Source: Octopus vulgaris (lineage: Eukaryota). Taken from it: a DNA stretch of 64,000 nt. The stretch's first letter is position 1; each line of letters begins with the position of its first letter. Under the pieces are notes generated by a model. It was not told where the DNA came from. It searched no databases and saw nothing but the letters and a program-made list of their open reading frames with translations. Made by a program: the position numbers and the translations under genes. This document shows positions 14,447-27,044 of this stretch, in pieces. Location of the stretch: positions 23,994,001 to 24,058,000 of the forward strand of contig OX597821.1 in the NCBI GenBank assembly GCA_951406725.2, in the 5' to 3' direction.

Positions 14447-14604
14447 TATATAGAAGGAGTTCTACAGGACTAGTACTGTTTCATTCAAGAGAAATCTTCA
14501 GGAAGCTTCCTGAAGATTTCTCTTGAATGAAACAGTACTATATATATAATAAATTAATTTTACTATGTATTGAGTACCTACTTATAACCCGAATCAACCC
14601 GGGA

Positions 14605-14656
<52 letters not shown>

Positions 14657-14821
14657 TACGAAGGGCTTCTTTCAGTTTCCGTCTACCAAATCCACTCACA
14701 AGGCATTGGTCGGCCCGGGGCTATAGCAGAAGACACTTGCCCAAGATGCCACGCAGTGGGACTGAACCCAGAACCATGTGGTTGGGTAGCAAGCTACTTA
14801 CCACACAGCCACTCCTGCGCC
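14194..14821 (-). mobile_element. SINE family A with a PLE-derived insert in its microsatellite
   Basis: Reverse complement of the 13180 element. 14450-14610 is foreign sequence. Confidence 0.9.
14471..14540. repeat. Perfect 70-bp palindrome carrying a hammerhead core on each strand
   Basis: TAGTACTGTTTCATTCAAGAGAAATCTTCAGGAAG|CTTCCTGAAGATTTCTCTTGAATGAAACAGTACTA. Confidence 0.95.
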
Positions 14822-15404
14822 TATGTTAATTAAGATTTTTATCCAACATATTCCCCTGTCAGATCCACGCACTTGTTGCAGCGGTCCTTCAGTTTTTCTT
14901 AAAGCCCTGTAAAAGAACCAGGAAGTTTGGGCCTCCAACCAGGCCTTTCGCGACACCCTTAAAGGCAGGAATTTTTCAGCATTCCCACTTATAATTGTTA
15001 ATATGCGTGTCATTTTGTCTATTATATACGCTTTTATTCGTTTGATCTAGTGGTTAGGACTATACTGGAACACATGCATATGTTGATCACGGCCTACACC
15101 ATATATTTAATTACACATACGCGCGCGCGCACACACACACACACACACACGCACGCACGCACGCGCGCGTGCGCGCGCACATTACACGTATGTATTCGCT
15201 GATACCGGAAAACTATTTATTTTGAATGAGTCATGGGAAAGTGCAACGCCCACGACACTCTTCAGGACCTTCGAGACTGGTGGAACTAAAGAACGAAGTT
15301 ATTCGGAGACTGAAGTCTCCTACTGACCTAAATACTGGAAACAGAGTTGCAGTGACTTCATTTAGGCATAGAGCAGACGTTCGCGATCGAGCGTTCAGTT
15401 CGCT

Positions 15405-17120
15405 AGGGCTGCCCCCTGTCCCTCTGCTTCTGTATGTATTGGTTCTTGAGCCACTGCTGCGGAGGCTGGAGACCAAGGAGGGAGACCCGCGTGATCTATG
15501 TTTTGGTAGAGGTGTGACGGTATATGCGGATGATGTCATCATCATTGTGTCTGATGAAGGGCAGCTACCTCGTGTAGAAGACGCCATCAAAGATACGAAG
15601 CGGTGGTAGGAGCAAAAATTAACCAGGGAAAATTAGTCGGCATCTGGAGGGGCAAGTCGATGTCTCCCAATAGCGTCGTAGGAGTCTGGTTTGGACCAGA
15701 TCTCTAGATGGAGAAAAACTGGAGCGAGGTCAAAGGCAAGGTGACGGCCATAATACAGACTTGGTCTGGGAGGTCGTTATTCTTGCTAGGGAGGGCTAAG
15801 GTTGCACAGGTGTTTATAGCATCTGTGATAACCTACCGTCTAACCGTTGTGTCTTGCCCCGGTGTGTGGCTGACCAAGCTGGACGGATCCTTTCCCGATT
15901 TTTGTGGAATGGGAAACCACCACTTGTAAGACGCTCCATCTGCTGCCAGAAACCGTTAAAGGGTGTGTTAGGGATGCCTTGACTGATGATGCGTATGTAT
16001 GCGCTGATGCTGAGACACCTCTGGCTCTACCTGGATAGTGAACGGGTGTGGTCACCGAATGTCAAGTTCTTCCTGCCACAATTGACGGCCCTGCGGGACG
16101 TAGGCGCATGGATTACGCGGAGACCGCAATTGAGCGAATGGCAGAGGGAGTGCATACATGCACTCACTCTGTTCTCCCGAGCGAGCAATACCGGCAGCGG
16201 GGCTACCACTGCAGATTTTATAACGAGTTTGCAGAGCACGTGTCCGACGACGTCCCGCGGGATGGGGGACTCTATGCTTCGATGAGGAACAACAAGTCAA
16301 TTTGTTCGGAAGAACGTTCGGGCCGGGGTATCTGGAGACTTCCAGAAATCCCTAGCCTGGTTGTGCTAACCGATCGAGAGAGGTTGTCAAGGCACGGTGC
16401 TGGAACCCCATCCACATGTCCGAGGTGCATGCGTGTCAGTGAAACTGTCACGCACGCCTTCGTACATTGTGAGGAACTGGTGGGATTGGTAACTTATGCC
16501 GAACAACTGGTGTCAGATACGGAAAGAGTGCGGTTATCGACTGAATCTATCACCAAGATTGTGCCGCCTCCCTCCTTTAACAAGAAAAAGGAGGCATCAT
16601 TTTTCTGCGTAGTAGCCGTATTGAAAGAGACATTATGGGTGACCCGTGGAAGAGGAATTGTGACAGGCAACTTTATCTCCGGACACGGTTGGTTAGTTTC
16701 TTTAACTACCACCTGTCCAGGGAGATCAGTCTGGAGAAGAGGTGCCTGCCTGAAAGAACGTTTGATAAAAGATGGACAAATATCGTCATTAAGTTGAGAG
16801 AGAATGGGGCCGCGCTCGTGTAGCCGGTCTGAACGAAAAAGAAGGAAATAAACGGAAGAAAAAAACAAAAAATTATTATAAAGAGTAAAAAAGAAAAAAA
16901 ACCGGCGGGTCGAACATAAACCAGGGAAAATATATTATCATTTAATTCTTAATTCACTTAATTCTTTTCTATTTCATTGTATTCTTTAAATCCATTCGAT
17001 TTCATTATATCTGACTTTTTATACGAAGTAACTAATATATAACCCCAGTCCCTAAATGTTTTTGTTTTGTCCTTGTGCTATCCCTTTTATGTGAGCCATC
17101 TATTGGCAAATAAAGAAATT
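15405..17120 (+). mobile_element. Tx1/L1-like LINE, 5'-truncated and decayed
   Basis: PLLLYVLVLEPLLRRL, YADDV, LLGRAKVAQVFIASVITY, C-terminal zinc knuckle CPRC..ETVTHAFVHC, AATAAAGAA tail. Confidence 0.9.
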
Positions 17121-17121
17121 A

Positions 17122-17690
17122 GTGAGAATCGAGTCTGGCTGACCGGCTGAACGAAACGCCGTCTCTTAATGAAAAGACAGAGGGACAACTATGGTAACTC
17201 ACCAAACAAAGCAGTTGTTTCGTCCCACCATTCCCACTTTTACTGGCTCACTTTCTTTTCTCTACAACATTACCCTATCGCTATCTGTGGTTTTCTATTA
17301 CACAATGACGAGAACTCAAACACACCTATACAAGAAAATCTACGATGTCTCTCTTTATCTCGCATGCTTTACGAATTATATTGCACCAGCCCGTCGTGGT
17401 TTCGCTATATTACAAAGTAACAATAATAAATATTTGTTTACAACTTCGATCACTGTTCTTTCATCTTGCACATCTGCAACATCGACACCCGTTACATTTG
17501 GATAACCACTCAAGACGAATTACAGTATCAACCGTTACAACTGGTAACTGTCGACTCCAATACATATCCCAACAATTATCATAATACAAACCGTTACAAA
17601 TGGTGATCTCTGACCCCACCTAAAATATATCGTTACAACTATCCGAACATTTACCGTTACAGAGTGATCTTCAGAAAAAGCAGCCAATGG
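17122..17690 (+). mobile_element. LTR-like repeat with reiterated CCGTTACA ends and PBS-like sequence
   Basis: Homologous to 24400-24809. AATAAA at about 17425. CCGTTACA-AA-TGGTGATCTCTGACCCC at 17591. Confidence 0.55.
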
Positions 17691-17808
17691 CCAGGTGCTG
17701 GTGTTATGTGAAACTATCACTCGTAAACAAAATTTGTTTCCCTGACGAGCCACCATACAGATTCTGTCCACAAGTCTCTATCTGGTCTACTCGATGCTGT
17801 AAAAAGGG

Positions 17809-18165
17809 TAAAGACACCCTTCGGTTACGAATGGCCATGGGATCGCACCCAGAAAGTTCCCCTCCGAAGTACAAGTCAGGGCAAGGCTACTTGTGGAAGA
17901 CCAGCACTCACCCATGCATACCGGTTTCCTCTCTCCACGCCACTGATGTCCAAAGGATAGATAAAAGCTGACATAGCTTGGCACCAGTGATGTCGCAACT
18001 CATTTCTACAGCTGAGTGAACTGGAACAACGTGAAATAAAGTGTCTTGCTCAAAGAACACAACACACTCGAGGCTGTAGCAGAAGATAATTAACTTAGGC
18101 GCCGTACAGAGCGATTCCGAAATCATATAGTTGTGAAGTTGTTCTTCTTAACCCCACAGTCACGT
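17809..18165 (-). mobile_element. tRNA-derived SINE, family D
   Basis: Homologous to 46780-47110. Confidence 0.8.
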
Positions 18166-18444
18166 CTACATCCTTGGACATTTCTTTCATGTTTAATCTT
18201 TTATTTTTTATTTGTTTCAGTCATTAGGCCGCGGCCATGCCGTAGCAATACCTTGAGGAATTTTAGTCGAATGAATCAGCCGCAGTAACTTCTTTTTAAA
18301 AGCCTTGCATTTAAAATATCATCCCTTTTACCGATCCGCTAGGTTATGGGGACGTAAACACACCAACACCGGTTGTCAAGCGGTGATGGGGGTGCAAAGG
18401 GACCAATACATACACAAATACACACACACATATACATATACGTA

Positions 18445-18835
18445 TAGCTGTGTGGTAAGTAGCTTGCTAACCAACCACGTGATTCCGGGTTCAGTCCCAC
18501 TGTGTGGCATCTTGGGCAAGTGTCTTCTGCTATAGTCCCGGGCCGACCAATGCCTTGTGAGTGGATTTGGTAGACGGAAACTGAAAGAAGCCTGTCGTAT
18601 ATATGTACATATATATATAAGCGTGTGTGTCTGTGTTTGTCTCCCTAGCATTGCTTGACAACCGATGCTGGTGTGTTTATGTCCCCGTAACTTAGCGGTT
18701 CGGCAAAAAGAGACCGATAGAATAAGTACTGGGCTTAGAAAGAATAAGTCCCGGGTTCGATTTGCTCGACTAAAGGCGGTGCTCCAGCATGGCGGCAGTC
18801 AAATGACTGAAACAAGTAAAAGAGAGTAAAGAGTA
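18445..18835 (+). mobile_element. SINE family A
   Basis: Matches the 13180 copy. A diverged minus-strand partial copy abuts it at 18210-18395. Confidence 0.92.
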
Positions 18836-20029
18836 TACATACTTTACATCTGGATATAAAATTCCATTTTCTTTGATAGTAGAACGGTATGTCATGATAC
18901 TATTTAATTTTTAACTCCCCCAAAGATCTAATTTTAGATATTTTGAACACTACATTCTCTCAATTGTCTTCGATGCGTAGATAACAGGGTCACTACTCTC
19001 ATTCATACTCACTCTGTTTAGCCTACGCTAATTTCTAGTTTGTTTGTTGCTGTACTGTCTTTTTTTTCATTCTGCCAAAACATTTAGTAGCGGAATCATT
19101 ATAAATATTTGCTCTCTTGTAGTGATGATATGAATATATTTAAATATCTAACTTGTCCTTTATGCTGGAAGTCTATGCGGTCATCTGATAAGAAGGGTTT
19201 TCTTTGTAATGGTGTAATGCTTTCATTGATCAATTAAAGGAGTCGCTCGAAACGGCCGCAATGAATTGAAACATGCATCTATGTTACTCATTTACATTTC
19301 ATGTATGTATGTATGTATGTATGTATGTATGTATGGATGGATGGATGGATGGATGGATGGATGTACATATACATGCGACGTGCTTCTTAGAGTGTCTGTC
19401 TACCAAATCCACTCACAAGGCTTTGGTCGGCCTGAGGTTACAGTAGAAGACACTTGCTCGCGGTGCCACATTGTGGGACTGAACTCGGACCATATGATTG
19501 GAAAGCAAGCTTCTCACCGCACAGCCACTTCTGAGTCTATAATAATTTCTGCATAAACCACTTTTGTGTCATACAAAAGCAGTACCTGTGGAAATTTTTC
19601 TGAAACCTTTAATTTCACATACGTAAGTACTGAAGGTGTAGTTTTAGGAGAGAACATCTTTGAAAACTATATCATTCGTTTTACACATGTCATCTCTTCT
19701 ATCAGGAGTCGATAAAATAAAGTATCTGTCCAGTGACGAGTTGATGCAATCGACTAACCGCATCCGGTCAATATTGCTAGCTTTTTAACCAAATTAGAAA
19801 CAATTATTTTTATCCTGGCGTCAAGAAGGCAATAAATTTAATTAAGAAGTAGAATCAAAGATATCTATGATATCAATCTGCTACTGCACAACTATTTTTG
19901 TAAAACTTTTAACAAATTTTATTTTAATATACTGCACTACACCGTTATTTAAATAACAGTGAAAAGTATAAATGGCTGAACTTCAAGTCACAGTCTTGGT
20001 GAATGAAGTACAGTAGCTGACCAACAAAG

Positions 20030-20605
20030 TCATAGTTAGTTATGTTAGTAAATTTTTTTGGCTCAAAAGGCAAAAAGCAAGGCCATGTAGGGGGACATGG
20101 AGTTATGTACAGGGTGGTGTTCATGTAAAGAGTTCAGGCCACTTGAGGTCAAGGGAGACTGTGAACCGAGCGGTCGTCGGCATCTTCACCATCTCGTCTG
20201 GCAGCTTATTCCACGGATCCGCAACCCGGACGGAGAAAGCCCCTCTCCTTCGATTGAGATGAAATCGTCGCAGATAGAGCTTTTCGGAATGACCCCGCAG
20301 CCGACGCTCTGGAGCAGAAGTGAATAACAGCTCTTTCGAGAGGTTACACTTTCCGCTTGATGTTGTGAGCAAGAATGAGATCTCCACGGCGTCGTCGTTT
20401 TTCTAGAGAATAAAGGTCGAGCGTCTTCAGCCTTTCTTCATAAGACAAATTCTTGAGACCAAGAACCATGCGGGTAGCCAGCTTCTGGACTCTTTCGAGA
20501 TGCAGTATGTCTTTGAGGAAATAAGGAGAAGAGGCTTGAATCCCGTACTCCAATATGGGTCTCACCAGCGTGACATAGAGCGGTAGGAATATGGCTGCTG
20601 TGAAC
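20030..20605 (-). mobile_element. CR1-like LINE 3' end
   Basis: LYVTLVRPILEYG..SPY..DI.HLERVQKLATRMV.GLKNLSYEERLKTLDLYSLEKRRRRGDLI and RGH..KL..FSVRV..WNKLP; (CTAA)-like tail. Confidence 0.92.
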
Positions 20606-20622
20606 GCACTGGGCCAAATATA

Positions 20623-20691
<69 letters not shown>

Positions 20692-21041
20692 TATATAAAT
20701 ATAGTATTAATAAGGTTAAGGAGAACGGAAATTTTTCACATTCATAATTTTATTTAACAGTTATTTATATCACCTTTATGAGACCTACACGTATTTCAAC
20801 TGCAGCAACTGCACACTGGCTGAATATGCATATCCAATAGTATTAATATTATTACTTACTCTGCAGAAAATATGCAGTCCTGAACAGGACACTCAGATTT
20901 ACCCAACGGAAAAGTAACTAGAGCCGAGCAACTTATTGTTAGCTCGGGTACCACAAAAGGACCATTATGGTTAGCCGGCATTTGAAACCGAATTAAGAGG
21001 AAACACGGTAACACCAGGATAATATATCCCCTTAAACTCAT

Positions 21042-21101
<60 letters not shown>

Positions 21102-21130
21102 CATACATACATACATACATACATACATAG

Positions 21131-21545
21131 GGCGGCGAGCTGGCAGAATCGTTAGCACGCCGGGCGAAATGGGTAGTGGTATTTCGTCTGCCGTTACGTT
21201 CTGAGTTCAAATTCCACCGAGGTCGACTTTGCCTTTCATCCTTTCGGGGTCGATTAAATAAGTACCAGTTACACACTGCGGTCGATGTACTCGACTTAAT
21301 CCGTTTGTCTGTCCTTGTTTGTCCCCTCTGTGTTTAGCCTCTTGTGGGTAGTAAGGAAATAGGTATTTCGTCTAACGTTACATTCTGAGCTCGAATTCCA
21401 CCGAGGTCAACTTTGCCTTTCATCCTTTCGGGGTCGATTAAATAAGTACCAGTTACGCACTGGCGTCGATGTACTCGACTTAATCCCTTTGTCTGTCCTT
21501 ATTTGTCCCCTCTATGTTTAGCCCCCTGTGGGCAATAAAGAAATA
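21131..21545 (+). mobile_element. SINE family C with tandemly duplicated 3' portion
   Basis: GGCGGCGAGCTGGCAGAATCG head. About 21178-21361 is repeated at about 21362-21545. Confidence 0.92.
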
Positions 21546-22245
21546 TATACATATACCAGCAAACGCACCTGTCCTTTGGATAGTTTAAGTATTTTTTTCA
21601 CCAAGATTTATGAGTAGCATGACAATCTATGCTTCCGATTAACTTAGGAACGGAAAACCAAATTGAAGGCTGGTTATTGTGGAGGACATTGCACTTTAAT
21701 GATCATAGATCATATAAGTTTGCAAGTGATACAGAGTAGACCTACTGAAGTGTTTGGGGAGTAGATTACGGATAATGACTACAAAATAAAGTTGCTTTAC
21801 ATGAAAGCGAAATTTCTTGTGATTGATTAAAAATGGCTGGAACAACAATGCTAAAACGTATTTGAAACAATGGACAACAGTCAAAATATCATAATGGATG
21901 GGTAAATAAGCTTCCTTAAAGTGAATCAACGCAATGGTAGGTAAACGAAAGTATCAACAAATAAAAGATAGGGAAGGGAACACCACATTTCAAGTAACTC
22001 AGACTAGGTAAAGGCAAGATTGCCAAAATTTAAAGCAGTTTAAATAAGGAGATTAAAATAGTTTGTTATTGGATATTCATCGCGTACAGTGTTCCTAGCC
22101 AATTTAATCACCGTCGTGGGTCCAGAATCGAAATAAATAAATAGACAAAATACTTTCACTTTTATAATATCCTCTAACCGAAACATTCAAACAATACACA
22201 CTGTTACACATATGAAAAAAATATAGAAAGTAATAATATACAATA

Positions 22246-22410
22246 GGCGCAGGAGTGGCTGTGTGGTAAGTAGCTTGCTTACCAACCACATGGTTCCGGG
22301 TTCAGTCCCACTGCGTGGCATCTTAGGCAAGTGTCTTCTGCTGTAGCCTCGGGCTGACCAAAGCCTTGTGAGTGGATTTGGTAGACGGAAACTGAAAGAA
22401 GCCTGTCGTA

Positions 22411-22485
<75 letters not shown>

Positions 22486-22685
22486 TTATGTGTCTGTGTT
22501 TGTCCCCCTAGCATTGCTTGACAACCGATGCTGGTGTGTTTACGTCCCCGTAACTTAGCGGTTCGGCAAAAAGAGACCGATAGAATAAGTACTGGGCTTA
22601 CAAAGAATAAGTCCCGGGGTCGATTTGCTCGACTAAAGGCGGTGCTCCAGCATGGCCGCAGTCAAATGACTGAAACAAGTAAAAA
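22246..22685 (+). mobile_element. SINE family A
   Basis: Full head, microsatellite and 3' body. Confidence 0.95.
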
Positions 22686-23088
22686 ATAAATTGCAACATA
22701 TAAATAAATAATAAATCAAAACAATGAGAAAACGACGAAAAAATATTCTGTAATGCCAATATACGACCATACAGATTTAAAAAGTATGGAAGACCCTACA
22801 TTCAAAAAACTATGTACATACAACGAATTAGAGAAAAACACGTGTAAACCACCGTTTTTTCCCCGGTTTGTCCATTTACGTGTGTGTAAAGTTTGGTGAA
22901 AATCGGTTGAGAATTGTGGAACTGTAAACGTTAGTCAATATATACGCACACACTGTGATTTATATATACTAGATATATATAATTTAAAAAAAAACGGAGA
23001 AAAAAAGACAAGAAAAAAACAACAACGCGCGGACGTGCAACATGCAAAGTATTAATGAGACGCTCAGAGAAGGAAAGAAAAAGTGGTT

Positions 23089-23123
23089 GTTTTACGTTTC
23101 GAGCAAAGCCCTTCTTCAGAAAC
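23089..23123 (-). ncRNA. Minimal type I hammerhead ribozyme (PLE tail)
   Basis: GTTT-CTGAAGA-A-GGGC TTT GCTC-GAAA-CG-TA-AAAC. Palindromic stem III (ACGT), GUA cleavage triplet. Confidence 0.75.
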
Positions 23124-23182
23124 AGGAAGAAGGAGGGAAAAGTCGCCAACAGTCCACGTGTAGTTACATTTTGGAATGTACA

Positions 23183-23249
<67 letters not shown>

Positions 23250-23602
23250 GCACGCGCACACACACGCACGCGCACACACACACATATATAAAGCAAATAA
23301 GTACCAGCGATGTCCATGCATTAGTGCATTACGGCCGTTTCAAGCGGCTCAGTTTAATTGATTGATGCAAGCATTACATCAATTTGAAATAATCCGCTCT
23401 TTTCGGAAGCCTAAGACCATATAGATTTTCATTCTGGACATCCTTGTTACTTATTTGCCTTTTATTCAGCTAATTTCGAGCTCTGCGGACAATACTGGAC
23501 TGACTTGGCGCCTCAACTTAGGTACCTAATTCAACTGAATCTTAATATATATATAGAGAGAGAGAGGGGGTGGAGAGACGTTACTAAGGTGACTAAGGGT
23601 GC

Positions 23603-23836
23603 TGGCGAGCTGGCAGAATCGTTAGCACGCCGGGCGAAATGCGTAGCCGTATTTCGTCTGCCGCTACGTTGTGAGTTCAAATTCCGCCGAGGTCGACTTT
23701 GCCTTTCATCCTTTCGGGGTCGATTAAATAAGTACCATTTACGCACTGGGGTCGATATAATCGATTTAATCCGTTTGTCCGTCCTTGTTTGTCCTCTCTG
23801 TCTTTAGCCCCTTGTGGGTAGTAAAGAAATAGGTAT
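23603..23836 (+). mobile_element. SINE family C
   Basis: Matches copies at 21131, 25755 and 52145. Confidence 0.93.
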
Positions 23837-23901
23837 TGCTAGAAATAAGAGGCAGAACAACTCTTAGTCACGGGAATGACTGACAAGGGAGGCCGGGTGA
23901 G

Positions 23902-23949
23902 AGCCACTGATGAGTATCAATCAAATCCGAAATCATCGGTGATCTGGCT
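23902..23949 (+). ncRNA. Type I hammerhead ribozyme, intact core, at the apex of a ~200-nt rod
   Basis: AGCCA-CTGATGA-GTAT CAATCAA ATCC-GAAA-TCAT CG GTGA-TC-TGGCT. AUC triplet, cleavage predicted after 23944. Confidence 0.88.
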
Positions 23950-24324
23950 GTTGTAGGGAGCTGATCTCCCTTGTCAGTCTTTAGATAAGTGCTTCCCGTT
24001 ACTAAGAGTCGTTCCTACTTTTACTTTTAGCAGTCCCAGTGCTGACTAGCACCCTTAATCACGCTAGTGGCGTCTATACTTGTGCCTTTTGGTTGTAAAA
24101 ATTGCGAATAAGCCACCTTAATAATTTATATATAAATGTAGGAACTCGTTTGACCCGGTCTGCTTTAGATTCAAAACCGAATCTCGAAATTCTCCCCAAT
24201 CATACGGCCTATTGTCCTGTCAAAAGGGAACGCTGATTAATGTGTTTCCCGTTTGCGCCAGGACCTTGCTATACCATTGAAAGTTTAGATAAACAAAATT
24301 TGACCTACATTAATTTAGCCATTG

Positions 24325-24809
24325 TTATAACGGTATATCCATTTTCCTAGCTAGTCTGCACAATTATAAATACCAGCATTTTGTAAAGAAAATGCAGTGA
24401 GTGAGACCGACCAACAGAGAGGAGGCCGACCGGCATGAACGAAATACGGTCTCGACAGAACGTCAAAGAGGGACAGCTATGGAATTCTCCAGCGATACAG
24501 TTGTCCACCACTCTTTTTCTTTCTCACTCGCTCACTTTCGACAATATGACCTGGTCTATTTAGTTACGGCTGCTAGAACGACAGGAAATAAGTAAGTCCA
24601 ACGCTATCTATCCTTTTACAAGAAAATATAATTCTCGTTACCTCGTATACTTTCCAACTCTTTTTATACACGCTTTCCCGTCGTGGTTTGGCTTTAATTA
24701 TATGTAATGGTGAATAAAAAATATGTCATCTACAACTCCAACCACCGTCTTTCTTTCTTGGAATCAGCATCAATATCATCTTCACCTTCAACATAACACT
24801 ACCGTTACA
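24325..24809 (+). mobile_element. Solo-LTR-like repeat
   Basis: TATAACGG (decayed TGTAACGG) ... CCGTTACA inverted termini, AATAAA at about 24714, homology to the 17122 element. Confidence 0.55.
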
Positions 24810-24815
24810 AATATG

Positions 24816-24855
<40 letters not shown>

Positions 24856-25754
24856 TTCTTCTTGTCCTGTACTTTTCCAGACTTAATTATTGCTTGTTCT
24901 GTACCTTCCCAAGTTCAATATTTAAGAATATTCTAGGATTCTGCAACCGCATTTTTCATTCTGGTACACTCTTTCTTTCTCAGTTCATTTATGCTTTGTC
25001 ATTTCTTCCTTTCTAGTCAGCACCGTGCATTCCTTACTTTTCCCCCTCTCTACTGGCAGACAGCAACCTTTTTGTCACTATGGAAAAAATTTCGCGATCA
25101 TTACAAGCACTACTGTCTCTTTAACTACCTGTCGGGCAAGCGAATAAATATATGTAAATGGTATTTCTTCCTTCTTGGTGTTGATCCTTCCATGTTCAGT
25201 GGTTACTCCGGTGCTGGTACAATAACACACTTGCCCAAACTGAATTGCTGGAGTTATTTCATTTTCCCCAGAAAAATGAATTTAAAAAGTTACAGAGGTT
25301 TAAAGGATTGGCTGTATGCAAATGAGTTCATTACTGGGGTTCGGAACTCGCACGGGGAAAAAATTTCATGTGCGTACGCACACACATCTATGTGCGTTAG
25401 CGTGTTTCCTTTCTTTTATATTTTGGTTAAATTCGTGGGACATTTGTGTATGCATGCAGTGTGTGCAGGGGTACAATAGGTGTGGGCGCTTATATTGGGG
25501 GTACGGGTGAAAAAAAAGTCTATTGGGTGGGTGTCCGCCGTGCTGGGGCGTGTGTGTTTGTTTGTGGGTGCGTTAGTGCATGTTCTGGTCAAACTCTTTG
25601 CCGGACTCTCGAGTAGTGGTGGAGGACCGAAGTTGGGGGACTGGTGATTATAGTCATGATGAGGCACGCAGGTATGATAAGATGTATTTCGTTTCATATG
25701 GGCAAGGATTAAAAATTTCATTTCTGCTATTCAGGTAAATGCCTGGGTGCTGGG

Positions 25755-25978
25755 GGCTGGCAGAAACGTTAGCACGCCGGGCGAAATGCTTAGCGGTATT
25801 TCGTCTGTTGTTACGTTCTGAGTTCAAATTCCGCCGAGGTCGACTTTACCTTTCATCCTTTCGGGGTCGATAAATTAAGTACCAGTTTCGCACTGGGGTC
25901 GTTGTAATCGACTTACTCCGTTTGTCTGTCCTTGTTTGTCCGCTCTATGTTTAGCCCCTTGTGGGCAGTAAAGAAATA
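25755..25978 (+). mobile_element. SINE family C
   Basis: Family match. Confidence 0.9.
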
Positions 25979-26076
25979 TTTCTTGGCCAGGCACACACAC
26001 ACACAAACAAACAGACAGACATGCGCGCGCGCACATATAATCATATGAATAATAACAGACGATAGATAATTGTCAG

Positions 26077-26160
26077 CTCATTACGGCTGTTTCTTACGTA
26101 TTTTTTAATAGAAAAATGAGAACTTTACTTCATTACAAAAAACCGTAATCATCAGATGAA
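26077..26160 (-). ncRNA. Type I hammerhead ribozyme with long stem-II loop, intact core
   Basis: TTCAT-CTGATGA-TTACG[~45 nt]CGTAA-GAAA-CAGCCG-TA-ATGAG. Confidence 0.7.
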
Positions 26161-26241
26161 ACGTAATTTTACAAACAAAAGAAACCTACCTGGTGCATAT
26201 CTTTTCAAGTACCTGATTCTATCTGAATTCTTATTTTACCG

Positions 26242-26285
<44 letters not shown>

Positions 26286-26292
26286 CATACAT

Positions 26293-26323
<31 letters not shown>

Positions 26324-26546
26324 TGTATGCGTAGCTGTGTGGTAACAAGCTTCCTTCTCAATCACATGCTTCCGGGTTCAGTCCCATTGCGTAGCACCTT
26401 GGGAAAGTGTCTTCTATAGCCCCGGACCGACCAAAGCTGTGTGAGTGGATTTGGTAGAGAGAAACTGAAAGAAGCCCATCGTATATATGATATATATCAC
26501 CGCTTGACAACCGGTGTTGGTCTGTTTATTCAATTTTTTCACCCTT

Positions 26547-26598
<52 letters not shown>

Positions 26599-26705
26599 TG
26601 TGTGTGTATTAGCAATTCGTATAAAATTGCATCAATGACTTGAACTTGAATATGTGGTTTCACATAAATGGGGATAAATTAAAAAGGTGGCATAGTTTCG
26701 GTTGT

Positions 26706-27013
26706 AGTAGCACAGATTTCCGTCGATTTCCGTAAAAAACTTTTATTTTTTTACATAAGTAATGAGAGCGAAAGAGACTAAGAGGAAGCGATTTTACGAC
26801 GAGAAGGTTTCACTTTGAAGTCGGCCTGTGTGTGTTTGATGGGGGTGTGGGAGACAGACAGTATGTTGTGTAAGTGAAGTGCTTCTGTTAGTGTGTGCGA
26901 AGAGACAGACATACATATACACATACACCGAGTACATACATACATACATACACACACACACATACATAGATACATACACACACATACATACATACATACA
27001 CACACACATACTT

Positions 27014-27044
<31 letters not shown>

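Larger units (their letters stand above)
14136..14990. mobile_element. Tc1/mariner MITE with nested SINE
   Basis: Left TIR CAAGGTGGTGCTGAAAAG. 14825-14990 is the reverse complement of the interior of the 10646 copy. Confidence 0.7.
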
